Of a stretch of DNA of 64,000 nucleotides, positions 19,420 to 34,263 are shown piece by piece. How positions within the stretch are numbered: the first letter of the stretch is position 1; each line of letters starts with the position of its first letter. The notes under the pieces are model-generated. The model ran no database searches. It had not been told where the DNA came from and worked only from the letters and a program-made list of their open reading frames with translations. Source of the stretch: Bacillota bacterium (GTDB lineage Bacteria; Bacillota; Limnochordia; Darwinibacteriales; JAAYFS01); the NCBI GenBank assembly GCA_012728115.1, contig JAAYFS010000055.1, positions 11,779 to 75,778 of the forward strand, in the 5' to 3' direction. A program made the translations under genes and the position numbers.

Positions 19420-20155
19420 GTATGGCTTACGTAGATTCTACTACACTTTAGCACATCACTGCCCAGATTGTAACGAGCCACGAAAAGCGGTTTTTCGCTT
19501 GCATCCATTTCCAGTACCAGCCAGGTACGGAAAAGGTGATTGGTTCTACTCAGACTGTTCCTGCATCTTTAGCGCGAGACGTCAAGAAAGAAATCAATTT
19601 CAAGCGATGATAAGCCAGGATTTTGTGGATCCTTTACCAGTGGCACTTAGAGGTCATAGCTTTGTGAACTTCAAAGTCGGAGAATACAATCGTGATGCAT
19701 ATGAGGCTTGTACAAGCTTTGCAAAAAATTTTGCTAGGATCAAGGACGGTAAGGGACTATTACTTTTTGGTAAGTCGGGTGCGGGTAAGACACATTTAGC
19801 ATGTGCGGTTGTCAATGTGCTTAAAGAAAAATATAGTGTAGCTTTTACTTATGTACCAGCATTGATGGAGGAGATTAGGGTTAGGCCAAACTGGCTTGAA
19901 AAATACTTAAATGTCGATTTACTGGTGTTAGACGATCTGGGAACTCAGCGCGAAAGCGATTGGGCTTTAGAAAAACTACTGATCATTATCGATGGAAGAT
20001 TGAATAACTACAAGCCAACTATTTTTACCACGAACTACGATTTACTAGATCTTGAACATCGTGTTGGTATGAGACAAGCATCGATGATTTTAGGCAATAA
20101 TCATCAAGTCTTAGTTGGTGGACCAGATTGGCGAACAATTCATCTTAGTTCATGA
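19316..20155 (+). CDS. DnaC/DnaI/IstB-like AAA+ ATPase (helicase-loader-like) with an N-terminal Cys-rich zinc ribbon
   Basis: Walker A LLFGKSGAGKTHLACAV, Walker B LLVLDDLGTQ and the CPDCNEP...DCSC motif are present. Start could also be ATG 19412. Confidence 0.65.
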   Translation: MLRLKDCPRDLFEAITNIQSQIHRPKVSFRSWMIKYGLRRFYYTLAHHCPDCNEPRKAVFRLHPFPVPARYGKGDWFYSDCSCIFSARRQERNQFQAMISQDFVDPLPVALRGHSFVNFKVGEYNRDAYEACTSFAKNFARIKDGKGLLLFGKSGAGKTHLACAVVNVLKEKYSVAFTYVPALMEEIRVRPNWLEKYLNVDLLVLDDLGTQRESDWALEKLLIIIDGRLNNYKPTIFTTNYDLLDLEHRVGMRQASMILGNNHQVLVGGPDWRTIHLSS

Positions 20156-20163
20156 GAAAGAAG

Positions 20164-20220
20164 CAAAAAAAGAGGTTGTTTATTGTGTGAACCACACACC
20201 GTAAACAACCTCTTTTGATT
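20164..20220. terminator. bidirectional intrinsic terminator
   Basis: A 14-bp stem AAAGAGGTTGTTTA/TAAACAACCTCTTT is flanked by A- and T-runs between convergent genes. Confidence 0.7.
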
Positions 20221-20288
20221 TAGCGTTACTTTCACTGTTACTCTTAAACTTTTTCTCTTATTTTTTCATTTTACTTCTTGTTACGTCT

Positions 20289-21035
20289 CTAAATAATCTT
20301 GCTTAAGAAACTCCGCGTTCTTGGGTTTTGAGGGTTAGAAAAGAGTTCCTCGGGTGAGTTTTGTTCAGCGATTTTTCCATCATCCATAAAGATTACTCGA
20401 TCGCCGACTTCTTTGGCAAAGCCCATTTCGTGAGTTACTACTACCATCGTCATTCCCTCGCGGGCAAGTTCTTTCATAACTTCTAAAACCTCACCGATCA
20501 TTTCTGGATCTAACGCAGAGGTTGGTTCATCAAACAACATAACCTTAGGTCTCATCGCTAAAGCGCGGGCAATTGCTACCCGTTGCTGCTGTCCACCAGA
20601 TAACTGGTCTGGGTAACTATTTGCCTTATCGCTTAAACCAACCTTTTCGAGAAGATTCAATGCCTGTTCGGTTGCTTCTTCTTTAGATTGTTTTCTTACT
20701 TTAAGTGGACCGAGAGTAATGTTATCGATTACCTTCTTATGAGGGAATAGATTAAACCTTTGAAACACCATTCCCATATCTTGACGTAGTTTATTAAGAT
20801 TGGTCTTCGGATTAATGACCTCGCCGTTAAAAATAATATCGCCTGAGGTAGGGGTTTCTAAATAGTTTAAGCATCTTAAAAAGGTACTTTTCCCACTTCC
20901 TGATGGTCCGATCACTACAACCACTTCGCCGACTTTAATCTCGGTAGTAATCCCTTTTAGAACTTCGAGCTTGCCGAAGTTTTTGTATAGATCAACAACC
21001 TGAATAATGTTGGAATTGTTGTTATTGGTGGTCAT
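20289..21035 (-). CDS. polar amino-acid ABC transporter ATP-binding protein
   Basis: Walker [10 protein letters not shown], the signature LSGGQQQR and Walker [12 protein letters not shown] are present. Confidence 0.85.
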   Translation of the reverse strand: MTTNNNNSNIIQVVDLYKNFGKLEVLKGITTEIKVGEVVVVIGPSGSGKSTFLRCLNYLETPTSGDIIFNGEVINPKTNLNKLRQDMGMVFQRFNLFPHKKVIDNITLGPLKVRKQSKEEATEQALNLLEKVGLSDKANSYPDQLSGGQQQRVAIARALAMRPKVMLFDEPTSALDPEMIGEVLEVMKELAREGMTMVVVTHEMGFAKEVGDRVIFMDDGKIAEQNSPEELFSNPQNPRTRSFLSKII

Positions 21036-21739
21036 GCTGAATCACCTACTCGCAAATTTTTCTCGGCTAGCGCGACCAAGCGAGAAATAGTAAATGTCAT
21101 TATCAAGTAGATCAAGGCTACCGCGAACCAGACCTCAAATGGGCGAAATGTTCGTGTCATGATAATGTTTCCTTTGCGGACTAATTCTTCTAGGGCGATC
21201 GCGGAAACTAAAGAAGAGTCTTTCAAGAGAGCAATAAACTCATTTCCTAGTGGAGGAACAATTCTTCGAAAGGTCTGAGGTAGAATAATATATTTCATAG
21301 TTTGAGTATAAGTCATTCCTAGCGATTGAGCAGCTTCCACTTGCCCCTTATCGATCGATTGAATGCCAGCCCTCACAATTTCTGCTACATACGCTCCGCT
21401 ATTAAAACTTAAAGCAATTACTGCGGATAAATAAGCAGGCAATGATGTATTTATAATAGCTGGAATACCATAGAATATAATGAATATCTGGACAAGTAAT
21501 GGGGTACCCCGAGTAAAATCGATATATACAGCAGCTAAATATCGGAAAGGAGTACGAGTGATTCTTAACATTCCCATGATCGTACCGATAATAATTCCAA
21601 AAAAGACTGCAATCGCGGTTAACTTGACCGTAAGCCAAGCTCCTTCGAGCAATAAAGGCATGGACTCCCATACTAAGTCCCAACGAAAATCCATTTTTTC
21701 ACCTCCGAAAAAAAAGTGCGCAACCAATAGGCGGCGCAC
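21032..21739 (-). CDS. polar amino-acid ABC transporter permease (HisM/HisQ family)
   Basis: A multi-TM protein with an EAA-like loop (AQSLGMT). It is coupled to the ATPase gene. Start may be the downstream Met (MDFRW). Confidence 0.8.
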   Translation of the reverse strand: MRRLLVAHFFFGGEKMDFRWDLVWESMPLLLEGAWLTVKLTAIAVFFGIIIGTIMGMLRITRTPFRYLAAVYIDFTRGTPLLVQIFIIFYGIPAIINTSLPAYLSAVIALSFNSGAYVAEIVRAGIQSIDKGQVEAAQSLGMTYTQTMKYIILPQTFRRIVPPLGNEFIALLKDSSLVSAIALEELVRKGNIIMTRTFRPFEVWFAVALIYLIMTFTISRLVALAEKNLRVGDSA

Positions 21740-21757
21740 TTTGGCTTATCTTTTTAA

Positions 21758-22549
21758 TTAATTTTCATCTGGGAACCATTTGTTATAAATCTCGTCATAC
21801 TTGCCGCTTTCTTTGAGCTGTTGTAAAGCAGCGTTGATTTTTTCAAGCAACTCAGGATTTTGCTTTCTAACAGCGATTCCAAAGAAATCTGGTTCACCAA
21901 ATAAAGAACCTAGCGACTTAAGTGGAGCATTTGGATTGTTTTTTAAATAAGCATTTACAACTGGCAGGTCAATGATCGCAGCATCTGCTTGACGATTGAT
22001 TACTGCTAAAATTGCTTCAGGAACTGTGTTGAAACGTAGTACTTGGTTGATTCCTTCAATGTCATATGTAGCTACAAGATCGCCAGTTGTTCCGATTTGC
22101 ACAGCAACTTTAGCACCTTCTAATTGATCAACAGCGGTAATCTTTTTGTTATCGTTTCTTACTAGAACAGCTAATTCAGCTGCGTAGTAAGGATCCGAGA
22201 AACTGACAGATTCTTCTCTCTCAGGTGTGATAGTTACACCAGCAATTACAACGTCCCATTGGTTAGCTAAGATGCCAGGAATTAAACCGTCGAATCCAAC
22301 GTTAACGATTTCTACTTCCATTTCAAGAATCTTACCGATTTCACGGATGAGGTCCATATCAAAGCCCACTAATTCATTTGTTTTTTCATCCACAAATTCA
22401 AAGGGCATGAACCCAGCTTCTGTTGCAACTCTAAGTACATTAGTGTTGGCAAGAGAACCAATACTAAACAAAGAAACAATGATAAGACCCATGAGCAACA
22501 GCGACGTAAATTTTCTCATCAAAAACACTCCTTTTTTTGTTTCAAACAA
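21758..22549 (-). CDS. amino-acid ABC transporter substrate-binding protein (SBP family 3)
   Basis: A signal peptide is followed by an SBP_bac_3-like sequence. It is the first gene of a minus-strand operon. Confidence 0.8.
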   Translation of the reverse strand: MFETKKGVFLMRKFTSLLLMGLIIVSLFSIGSLANTNVLRVATEAGFMPFEFVDEKTNELVGFDMDLIREIGKILEMEVEIVNVGFDGLIPGILANQWDVVIAGVTITPEREESVSFSDPYYAAELAVLVRNDNKKITAVDQLEGAKVAVQIGTTGDLVATYDIEGINQVLRFNTVPEAILAVINRQADAAIIDLPVVNAYLKNNPNAPLKSLGSLFGEPDFFGIAVRKQNPELLEKINAALQQLKESGKYDEIYNKWFPDEN

Positions 22550-22687
22550 TAATTATGAGGTAATTATACCAAGGAAGTAAAATTTATGCAAGATAATATT
22601 TTTGGAAATTCATGTAAACAATCCTTGAAACTGCAGGTTAAATATAGTTTGAGGCGAATAAAAAATTATTCAAAGGGGGAAGGCGAT

Positions 22688-23425
22688 ATGAATATTTATG
22701 CTGACTATCATACACATACCCGTTATAGTCATGGTAAAGGTACAGTGATGGAAAATGTGGCGGCAGCGGTCAAAATAGGCTTACGGGAGATAGCGATCAG
22801 CGATCACGGACCTGCCCATATGTTTGGAATAGGGATAAAAAATCTCTCTATTTTAGATCAAATCCGCCAAGATATTCAAGAAGCGAGTAGGATCTATAAA
22901 AACATAAAAATTTTGACTGGTATCGAAGCGAATGTAACTAGTATCAAAGGGGATATAGATTTGCCAGAAGAATGGCGGGATAAAGTAGATCTCCTTCAAG
23001 TAGGTTTGCATCTAATGGTACGCCCAACAAAGTGGGGCGAAGGTTTAGTTCGCTATGGCATCCATTATCTTAGAGGTCTCTCGCCATCTTTGCGGACAAG
23101 ATCTCGAATTATCAATACCGAAGCAATCACTAATGCTGTCTATCGGCATAAAATAGATATTATAACCCATCCTGGGCATCGAATGGATATTGATACAAGA
23201 GAATTAGCCAGAGCCTGTTATTTAAGAAATACTGCTTTGGAGTTAAATGCTAGTCACGATCATATTACGCCTGAATTTATCGAAATATCTGCTATGGAAG
23301 GAGCAAAATTTGTGATCGGTAGCGATGCCCATACACCTTCACGTGTAGGAGATTTTAAGAGAGTAGTCGAATTAGCTAAAGAAGCCGGCCTTGGCCCAGA
23401 GCAAATACTTAATGCCGTGAATTAA
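22688..23425 (+). CDS. PHP-domain phosphoesterase (histidinol-phosphatase HisJ/YcdX-like)
   Basis: MNIYADYHTHTRYSHG is the PHP motif. RBS AAGGGGGAAGG precedes ATG 22688. Confidence 0.7.
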   Translation: MNIYADYHTHTRYSHGKGTVMENVAAAVKIGLREIAISDHGPAHMFGIGIKNLSILDQIRQDIQEASRIYKNIKILTGIEANVTSIKGDIDLPEEWRDKVDLLQVGLHLMVRPTKWGEGLVRYGIHYLRGLSPSLRTRSRIINTEAITNAVYRHKIDIITHPGHRMDIDTRELARACYLRNTALELNASHDHITPEFIEISAMEGAKFVIGSDAHTPSRVGDFKRVVELAKEAGLGPEQILNAVN

Positions 23426-23628
23426 TCTGCATTCAGCTAAAGGTAGGTCAAAGGAGGCAAAACATAAGGGGCGATCAAGGTTGGCAAAAGTAAAAGAGGT
23501 AGGTAAAAGTAAACAAAGATAGAAAAAGACAGATAAAGATAGATATAAAACAGGAAGTAATTTACAGATAGTTGAAAGTAGGTAAGCGAAAGGTTGGTTA
23601 TTCTGGGGACTTGGGGGGAATAGAGGCT

Positions 23629-24933
23629 ATGAAACGTTTAAAGTGGTTCCTACCTGGCATGGGTGTTAAGAGATGGATTGGTCTCATAATGGCTGGCTTG
23701 GTATTAGTGATGCTAGGGACAACTCTTTTAATCAACACCCACTTTTTTGCAGAGGTGGAGGTTACCCTTTATCGTTTAGTACAACAGCTACAACAGCACC
23801 ATGGACTTTTTGGTATAGTAGTAGGGGTTGTGATAATCGCACTCGGTCTTTTTCTTGGAGGATTTGGCATTCGTCGAGCGATTGACTCTTTAGTGAAATC
23901 TATCCGTCCTGAAGAATCAGAAAATCTAGTAGATGTTGTTTATAAAAACAGGAGTCTCCAAAAGGGTCCAAAAATTACTGTGATCGGAGGCGGTACGGGG
24001 CTAGCTACGATGCTACGGGGTTTAAAAGAACATAGTTGCAATATCACTGCGATCGTAACCGTTGCCGATGATGGCGGTAGTTCAGGAAGAATTCGGGAAG
24101 AACTTGGAATGCTTCCACCAGGCGATATCCGTAACACTCTTACCGCTTTGGCAGATACCGAACCATTGATGGAAAAACTCTTCCAACATCGCTTTTCCCG
24201 TGGGAAGGGTTTGAATGGACATAGTTTCGGTAATCTTTTTATTGCTGCGATGACGGAGATCACTGGTGATTTCGAAGAAGCGATAAGAGAGTGTAGCAAA
24301 GTCTTAGCGGTCAGAGGGCATGTGATACCATCAACCTTAGAGACTGTGCAATTGCGAGCAGAGTTTTGCGATGGAACAGAAGTTACTGGGGAAAGCAAGA
24401 TTCCGCTTTCGAATAAAAAGATTGCTCGTGTATGCTTAGAACCAAGTAATGCGACCGCACTCCAAGAAGCTATTGAATCAATCCTTAATTCAGAAGTAGT
24501 GGTCTTAGGACCAGGTTCGCTTTATACCAGTGTGATACCAAACTTACTTGTCGATGGGATTGTTGATGCCTTAATGAAAACTAATGCCGCCCGCATCTAT
24601 GTATGCAATATAATGACTCAGCCAGGTGAAACAGATGAGATGACCGCTAGTGAACATCTTAAGGCACTATTTGATCATAGTGGTGGCAGGAAGATTGTTG
24701 ACTATTGCATTATAAATAATCAACGCCTTACTACCGCCCAGAGACAGAAATATAGTTTAGAAAAAGCTTTCCCTGTAGTTGCGGATTTGCAAAAGATCGA
24801 ACAGTATGGAGTTCAGCCAGTATTAGCGCCATTAATAAACCAATCCGACTTGGTGCGCCATGATTCTTTAAGACTTGCCGAGGAGATCTTAAACATTTCT
24901 CATCTAAAAAAGAACAATAAGTGGGTTATTTAA
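23629..24933 (+). CDS. YvcK/CofD-like gluconeogenesis-factor family protein (UPF0052) with an N-terminal two-TM extension
   Basis: The core ITVIGGGTGLATMLRGL...VADDGGSSGRIREELGMLPPGDIRN is present. About 90 aa of hydrophobic N-terminal extension precedes it. Confidence 0.75.
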   Translation: MKRLKWFLPGMGVKRWIGLIMAGLVLVMLGTTLLINTHFFAEVEVTLYRLVQQLQQHHGLFGIVVGVVIIALGLFLGGFGIRRAIDSLVKSIRPEESENLVDVVYKNRSLQKGPKITVIGGGTGLATMLRGLKEHSCNITAIVTVADDGGSSGRIREELGMLPPGDIRNTLTALADTEPLMEKLFQHRFSRGKGLNGHSFGNLFIAAMTEITGDFEEAIRECSKVLAVRGHVIPSTLETVQLRAEFCDGTEVTGESKIPLSNKKIARVCLEPSNATALQEAIESILNSEVVVLGPGSLYTSVIPNLLVDGIVDALMKTNAARIYVCNIMTQPGETDEMTASEHLKALFDHSGGRKIVDYCIINNQRLTTAQRQKYSLEKAFPVVADLQKIEQYGVQPVLAPLINQSDLVRHDSLRLAEEILNISHLKKNNKWVI

Positions 24934-24972
24934 AAATCTCGCCTCATAGATTTGTTTAAGGGGGCGAGAATA

Positions 24973-25812
24973 ATGAAACGGATGCTATCTATCTTAATTA
25001 TCGTTAGCTTACTCGGAATTGGTATTCCTACAGTGTTTCGCACCATTCATCGCCGAATCGTAGGAGTAAATTCTGGGGTAACCCTTAATGGGCGGAATAT
25101 GGAATATTATTACCCTAAGGAAGTTAGGATCATTGTTGAGCAGTTTGCTCGGTCAATGAACCAAGAGCCGATTAATGCTTCCTTAGAGAAAGTAACAGGG
25201 TCGATTGTGCCTGAGAAGAATGGACTAATTGTTGATATAGATAAAACGGTATATGATGTGATCCACGCACCAGCTGGTTCCCAATTAACTGTAAGCATAA
25301 TTGAAGTACTACCAGAGTTTCGGAAAGAACACCTAGAATTACTTACGGATATTCTCGGTGATTTTTCTACTCCTTTAATGGGTGGACCTGGTAGGATCAA
25401 TAATCTAAAACTTTCTTTAGCCGCGATGAATAATACTATCGTGATGCCAGGAGAAGTCTTTTCTTTTAATGAAGTAGTTGGGGAACGCACGGAGGAAAAA
25501 GGTTACAAACATGCACCAATTATTCTCGGTGAAACAGTGGTTCCAGGTGTTGGGGGCGGGGTGTGCCAAATCTCAACAACCTTGTACAATGCAGTGAAAC
25601 GCGCAGGGTTGGAAATAGTAGAACGAAGCATACACTCGTTACCACCAAGCTACATACGCCACGGAGATGATGCTGCGGTAGCATGGCCGTATACCGACTT
25701 TAAATTTCGTAACAACCGCTCAACCGCGATTATCGTAAAAGCAGAACCCCAAGGTTGGCGGGCGAGAGTATGGATCGTCGGTATTGACGAGGAGGAAGAG
25801 GGGGCTCGTTAA
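24973..25812 (+). CDS. VanW-family protein
   Basis: The VanW motif GGGVCQISTTLYNA is present. The N-terminus is a signal anchor. Confidence 0.7.
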   Translation: MKRMLSILIIVSLLGIGIPTVFRTIHRRIVGVNSGVTLNGRNMEYYYPKEVRIIVEQFARSMNQEPINASLEKVTGSIVPEKNGLIVDIDKTVYDVIHAPAGSQLTVSIIEVLPEFRKEHLELLTDILGDFSTPLMGGPGRINNLKLSLAAMNNTIVMPGEVFSFNEVVGERTEEKGYKHAPIILGETVVPGVGGGVCQISTTLYNAVKRAGLEIVERSIHSLPPSYIRHGDDAAVAWPYTDFKFRNNRSTAIIVKAEPQGWRARVWIVGIDEEEEGAR

Positions 25813-26712
25813 TTGAGTTTTTCGGAAAAGACTAAAAATGAACTAGCCAGATTAATTCCTGAGGCGCGTTGTTGTAAAATTGCTGAACTAAGTGCCTTTT
25901 ATGACTTTAATGGCTTCTTATTGGGAAATAATAACTATCAGTATCTGGACTTTTATCACTCCTCACCAGTGGTTGCGCGCAAAATTCTGCTTCTTTTAAA
26001 AGGACTGGTAGCTGATATTAAGACTCAAGTTCTCGTCAAACGAACGAAGGCGAAAAACCATATGTGCACTGTACGAGTCCTGGATCTGGTTGAAGCCCAG
26101 TTTGTTTACTCGCTAATGAAAAAAAGAAAATTCTTGGATGAACAAAAACGAGTTCCGTTTTTTAAGTGTTGTCGTCGTTCCTACCTACGGGGAGCGTTCT
26201 TGAGCCAAGGTTCGATTGCCGATCCAGGCAAAACTTATCATTTTGAGATCTCAATCGAAAACACTGAAGTTGCAGCTCGGGTTTTCGAAACGATGAATTC
26301 ACTCTTACTCGAACCAAAGATAATGATGCGCAAAGCCAATCACGTTATCTATCTTAAAGACGGCGAAAAAATCGTTGAGGTTCTCAATAACATGGGCGCC
26401 CATAACGCTTTGTTAAAGTTAGAAAACGTGAGAGTTATAAAGGATATGCGTAACCAAGTAAATAGACTAGTAAATTGCGAAACGGCAAATGTGGACAAGA
26501 CTGTCAAGGCCGCGATGAAACAAGTCGCCGAGATTCAAAAAATTGAAGATACGATCGGGATTACTAAACTTCCAGAAAAGCTTCAGGAAATAGCCAGATT
26601 AAGACTAGCTAATCCGTACGCATCCTTAAAGGAATTAGGTGAACTGGCGGATCCACCGATGAGTAAATCAGGGGTAAACTATCGGATGAAACAGCTTTTG
26701 GAAATAAGTTAA
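25813..26712 (+). CDS. whiA: DNA-binding protein WhiA
   Basis: TTG start after GAGGAGGAAGAGGGGG. A C-terminal HTH and a LAGLIDADG-like middle domain are present. It occupies the usual position after the yvcK-like gene. Confidence 0.85.
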   Translation: MSFSEKTKNELARLIPEARCCKIAELSAFYDFNGFLLGNNNYQYLDFYHSSPVVARKILLLLKGLVADIKTQVLVKRTKAKNHMCTVRVLDLVEAQFVYSLMKKRKFLDEQKRVPFFKCCRRSYLRGAFLSQGSIADPGKTYHFEISIENTEVAARVFETMNSLLLEPKIMMRKANHVIYLKDGEKIVEVLNNMGAHNALLKLENVRVIKDMRNQVNRLVNCETANVDKTVKAAMKQVAEIQKIEDTIGITKLPEKLQEIARLRLANPYASLKELGELADPPMSKSGVNYRMKQLLEIS

Positions 26713-26815
26713 GAAATTGATGAGGGACAGTATAAAGATTGTAATTTCAGATTTTGTGAAGGATTTTTCATTAGATGGCAAGAATAGAATAATCAGGAAG
26801 TAACTACAATGTTTG

Positions 26816-26855
26816 CGGGACAAATAAAGATTCCCGGGACAATTACGATCCAAAT
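26816..26855 (+). promoter_or_regulatory. putative CggR operator (tandem CGGGAC direct repeats)
   Basis: GCGGGACAAATAAAGATTCCCGGGACAATTACGATC carries two CGGGAC half-sites 19 bp apart. It lies directly upstream of cggR, as in the B. subtilis cggR-gapA operator. Confidence 0.5.
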
Positions 26856-26865
26856 AAGGGGATGA

Positions 26866-28909
<2,044 letters not shown>

Positions 28910-28970
28910 GAAGCTAATACCAAGCCCCCTGTCTGGGGGCTCCCCATTTTAATGGCAAGGAGGAGATCAG

Positions 28971-30152
28971 ATGAATAAAAAGACAATTCGCGATCTTGAT
29001 TTTAATAACAAACGGGTGTTGACCAGAGTAGATTTTAATGTTCCAATGAAGGATGGAGTCATTACTGACGATAAAAGAATTACCGCAGCTTTACCAACCA
29101 TTAAATATCTCTCAGAGCAAGGTGGCAAGGTAATTTTAATGTCGCACTTTGGCAGACCCAAAGGTCAAGTTGTCGACTCAATGAGATTAGACCCAGTTGC
29201 AAAAAGACTTTCTGAACTTCTCGGTAAACCAGTTTTAAAGCTTGACGATTGCATCGGAGAAGAAGTTCAAAAAGCGCTCGAAGGCATGCAACCTGGCGAT
29301 GTTGCATTGTTAGAAAACGTTAGATTCTACGCTGAAGAAGAGAAGAACGATCCCGAGTTTGCTAAAAAACTTGCATCGCTTGGTGATGTATACGTGAACG
29401 ACGCTTTCGGTGCCGCACATAGAGCGCACGCTTCTACAGCAGGTGTAGCAGAATATCTACCAGCAGTATCTGGTTTCTTAATGGAAAAGGAACTCCAATT
29501 CTTAGGCGAAGCTGTTAATAATCCGAAGCGTCCATTTGTTGCCATTCTCGGCGGAGCAAAAGTATCCGATAAGATCGCAGTGATCACTTCTCTCTTAGAA
29601 AAGGTTGATACCTTGATCATTGGTGGAGGTATGGCATATACTTTCCTTAAAGCTAAGGGATATGAGATCGGTAAATCACTATTGGATGCAGAAAGAATCG
29701 AATTTTGCCAAGGCTTAATTAAAGATGCTGAAGCAAAAGGCGTTAAGTTACTTCTGCCAGTTGATGTAGTAGTAGCTTCGGAATTTTCGGCAGATGCAGA
29801 CAATAAGGTTGTAGACGCTGATCAAATCCCAGCTGATTGGGAAGGTTTAGATATCGGTCCTAAGACCAGAGAACTCTTTGCAGAAGCAATTAAAAGCGCC
29901 GCAACAGTTATTTGGAACGGACCAATGGGAGTATTTGAATTCCCAGCGTTTGCTAAAGGAACAACTGCAGTTGCTCAAGCTTTAGCAGATAGCGATGCGA
30001 TTACCGTAATCGGCGGTGGGGACTCAGCTGCTGCAGTAGAACAAGCTGGATTAGCTGAAAAAATGACCCATGTCTCAACTGGTGGTGGCGCATCCTTAGA
30101 GTTCTTAGAAGGAAAAGAATTACCAGGGGTCGCTGCTCTTGACGATAAGTAA
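28971..30152 (+). CDS. pgk: phosphoglycerate kinase
   Basis: A 393-aa protein with the canonical PGK N- and C-domain motifs. Confidence 0.9.
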   Translation: MNKKTIRDLDFNNKRVLTRVDFNVPMKDGVITDDKRITAALPTIKYLSEQGGKVILMSHFGRPKGQVVDSMRLDPVAKRLSELLGKPVLKLDDCIGEEVQKALEGMQPGDVALLENVRFYAEEEKNDPEFAKKLASLGDVYVNDAFGAAHRAHASTAGVAEYLPAVSGFLMEKELQFLGEAVNNPKRPFVAILGGAKVSDKIAVITSLLEKVDTLIIGGGMAYTFLKAKGYEIGKSLLDAERIEFCQGLIKDAEAKGVKLLLPVDVVVASEFSADADNKVVDADQIPADWEGLDIGPKTRELFAEAIKSAATVIWNGPMGVFEFPAFAKGTTAVAQALADSDAITVIGGGDSAAAVEQAGLAEKMTHVSTGGGASLEFLEGKELPGVAALDDK

Positions 30153-30171
30153 TGAAACTAGAGGTGAAACA

Positions 30172-30927
30172 ATGCGAAAACCGCTCATTGCAGGTAACTG
30201 GAATATGCATAAGACAGTGGCGGAGGCGATTGAGGCTTGCCGCATCCTAGAAACTTTGGTCCAAGATGATCAAGTTGAGACTGTTATTTGCGCTCCATTT
30301 ACCTGTTTATCCGCGCTAGCTGCCCTAGGAATGAAGAAAGTTAAAATCGCTGCTCAAAATATGTTTTATGAAGAACAAGGTGCCTATACAGGGGAAATCT
30401 CTCCTGTAATGCTTCGCGACGTTGGTTGTGATTACGTTATTATCGGACATTCCGAACGCCGTGAATACTTTGGTGAAACTGATGAAACAGTAAACAAGAA
30501 AGTACATACAGCGTTGAAGTTCGATATCAAACCGATAGTCTGTGTTGGTGAAAGTTTAGAACAAAGAAAGAACGGGCAAACCGAATCCTTGGTTACTTCG
30601 CAAGTTGAGCAAGCTTTCTCAGGGGTAGATGAGGCAGATGCGCAAAAAATAGTAGTTGCTTACGAGCCTATTTGGGCGATCGGCACAGGCGAAACAGCTA
30701 GCGCCGAAGAAGCGAATAGAGTGATTAAAATAATCAGGGCTACACTTAAGAATCTTTATAGTGAAGAAGTAGCCGCAAATATCAGAATCCAATATGGTGG
30801 CAGTGTCAAACTCGAAAACATCAAAGAATTGATGGAGCAATCTGATATTGATGGTGCTTTAGTCGGAGGTGCAAGTTTAAATCCTGAGACTTTTGCATCG
30901 ATGATAAACTATAAATCTCTAAAATAG
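30172..30927 (+). CDS. tpiA: triosephosphate isomerase
   Basis: MRKPLIAGNWNMHKT and AYEPIWAIGTG are present. The start is ATG 30172 with RBS GAGGTG. Confidence 0.9.
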   Translation: MRKPLIAGNWNMHKTVAEAIEACRILETLVQDDQVETVICAPFTCLSALAALGMKKVKIAAQNMFYEEQGAYTGEISPVMLRDVGCDYVIIGHSERREYFGETDETVNKKVHTALKFDIKPIVCVGESLEQRKNGQTESLVTSQVEQAFSGVDEADAQKIVVAYEPIWAIGTGETASAEEANRVIKIIRATLKNLYSEEVAANIRIQYGGSVKLENIKELMEQSDIDGALVGGASLNPETFASMINYKSLK

Positions 30928-30953
30928 TTGTAGCAGTGAGAGGAGGTCGCAAT

Positions 30954-33784
<2,831 letters not shown>

Positions 33785-33835
33785 CAGACTTGCTTCAAGG
33801 TCAAGGATATGCTAAAATAATGGTTGTGTAAATAA

Positions 33836-34078
33836 GTGGTGGCGGGAGGTGCCAGCAAGGTGCAAACATTTTTGATGGTGGTCCAATTCTTGGTTGCGTT
33901 AGGCTTAATCGTCGCAGTCTTGATGCAAAAAAGTTCCGCTGAAGGGTTAGGTTCCATCGGTGGTGGAAGCAAAATGTTTTTCGATAAAGCTTCAGCGAAA
34001 GAACGGGCTTTAGAAAAGGCCACTACTTATCTAGCCGTTGGATTTATGGTTCTATCCGTGGTCCTTGGGATTATTTAG
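33836..34078 (+). CDS. secG: preprotein translocase subunit SecG
   Basis: A small two-TM protein with a Gly-rich loop (GLGSIGGGS). It follows eno. The start may be the internal ATG at 33875. Confidence 0.7.
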   Translation: MVAGGASKVQTFLMVVQFLVALGLIVAVLMQKSSAEGLGSIGGGSKMFFDKASAKERALEKATTYLAVGFMVLSVVLGII

Positions 34079-34103
34079 ATGAAGTAAGAAAGCAAAATAT
34101 TAA

Positions 34104-34130
34104 GGGGAGTGCGAAGGCACTTCCCTTTTA
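34104..34130 (+). terminator. intrinsic terminator of secG
   Basis: GGGGAGTGC-GAAG-GCACTTCCC followed by TTTTA. Confidence 0.65.
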
Positions 34131-34176
34131 GTATTGGTCGATCGTAGTAATTGGCAAAGACTAAACCAAGAATATA

Positions 34177-34215
34177 AAACTAGATTGAAAAAGGGGCTAA
34201 ACATCAGATGTTTAG
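34177..34215 (-). terminator. intrinsic terminator of the RND gene
   Basis: A 13-bp stem AGGGGCTAAACAT/ATGTTTAGCCCCT, with a U-run on the minus-strand transcript. Confidence 0.65.
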
Positions 34216-34263
34216 CCCCTAAAAATCACCCCTAATTATACTTTGAACCAAGCCTTTAATTCT

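Noticed and set aside
26761-26800. Attempted to call a sigma-A promoter for cggR.
   Set aside because: Only a plausible -10 (TAGAAT at 26785-26790) was found, with no convincing -35 at the right spacing, so it is not reported as a feature.
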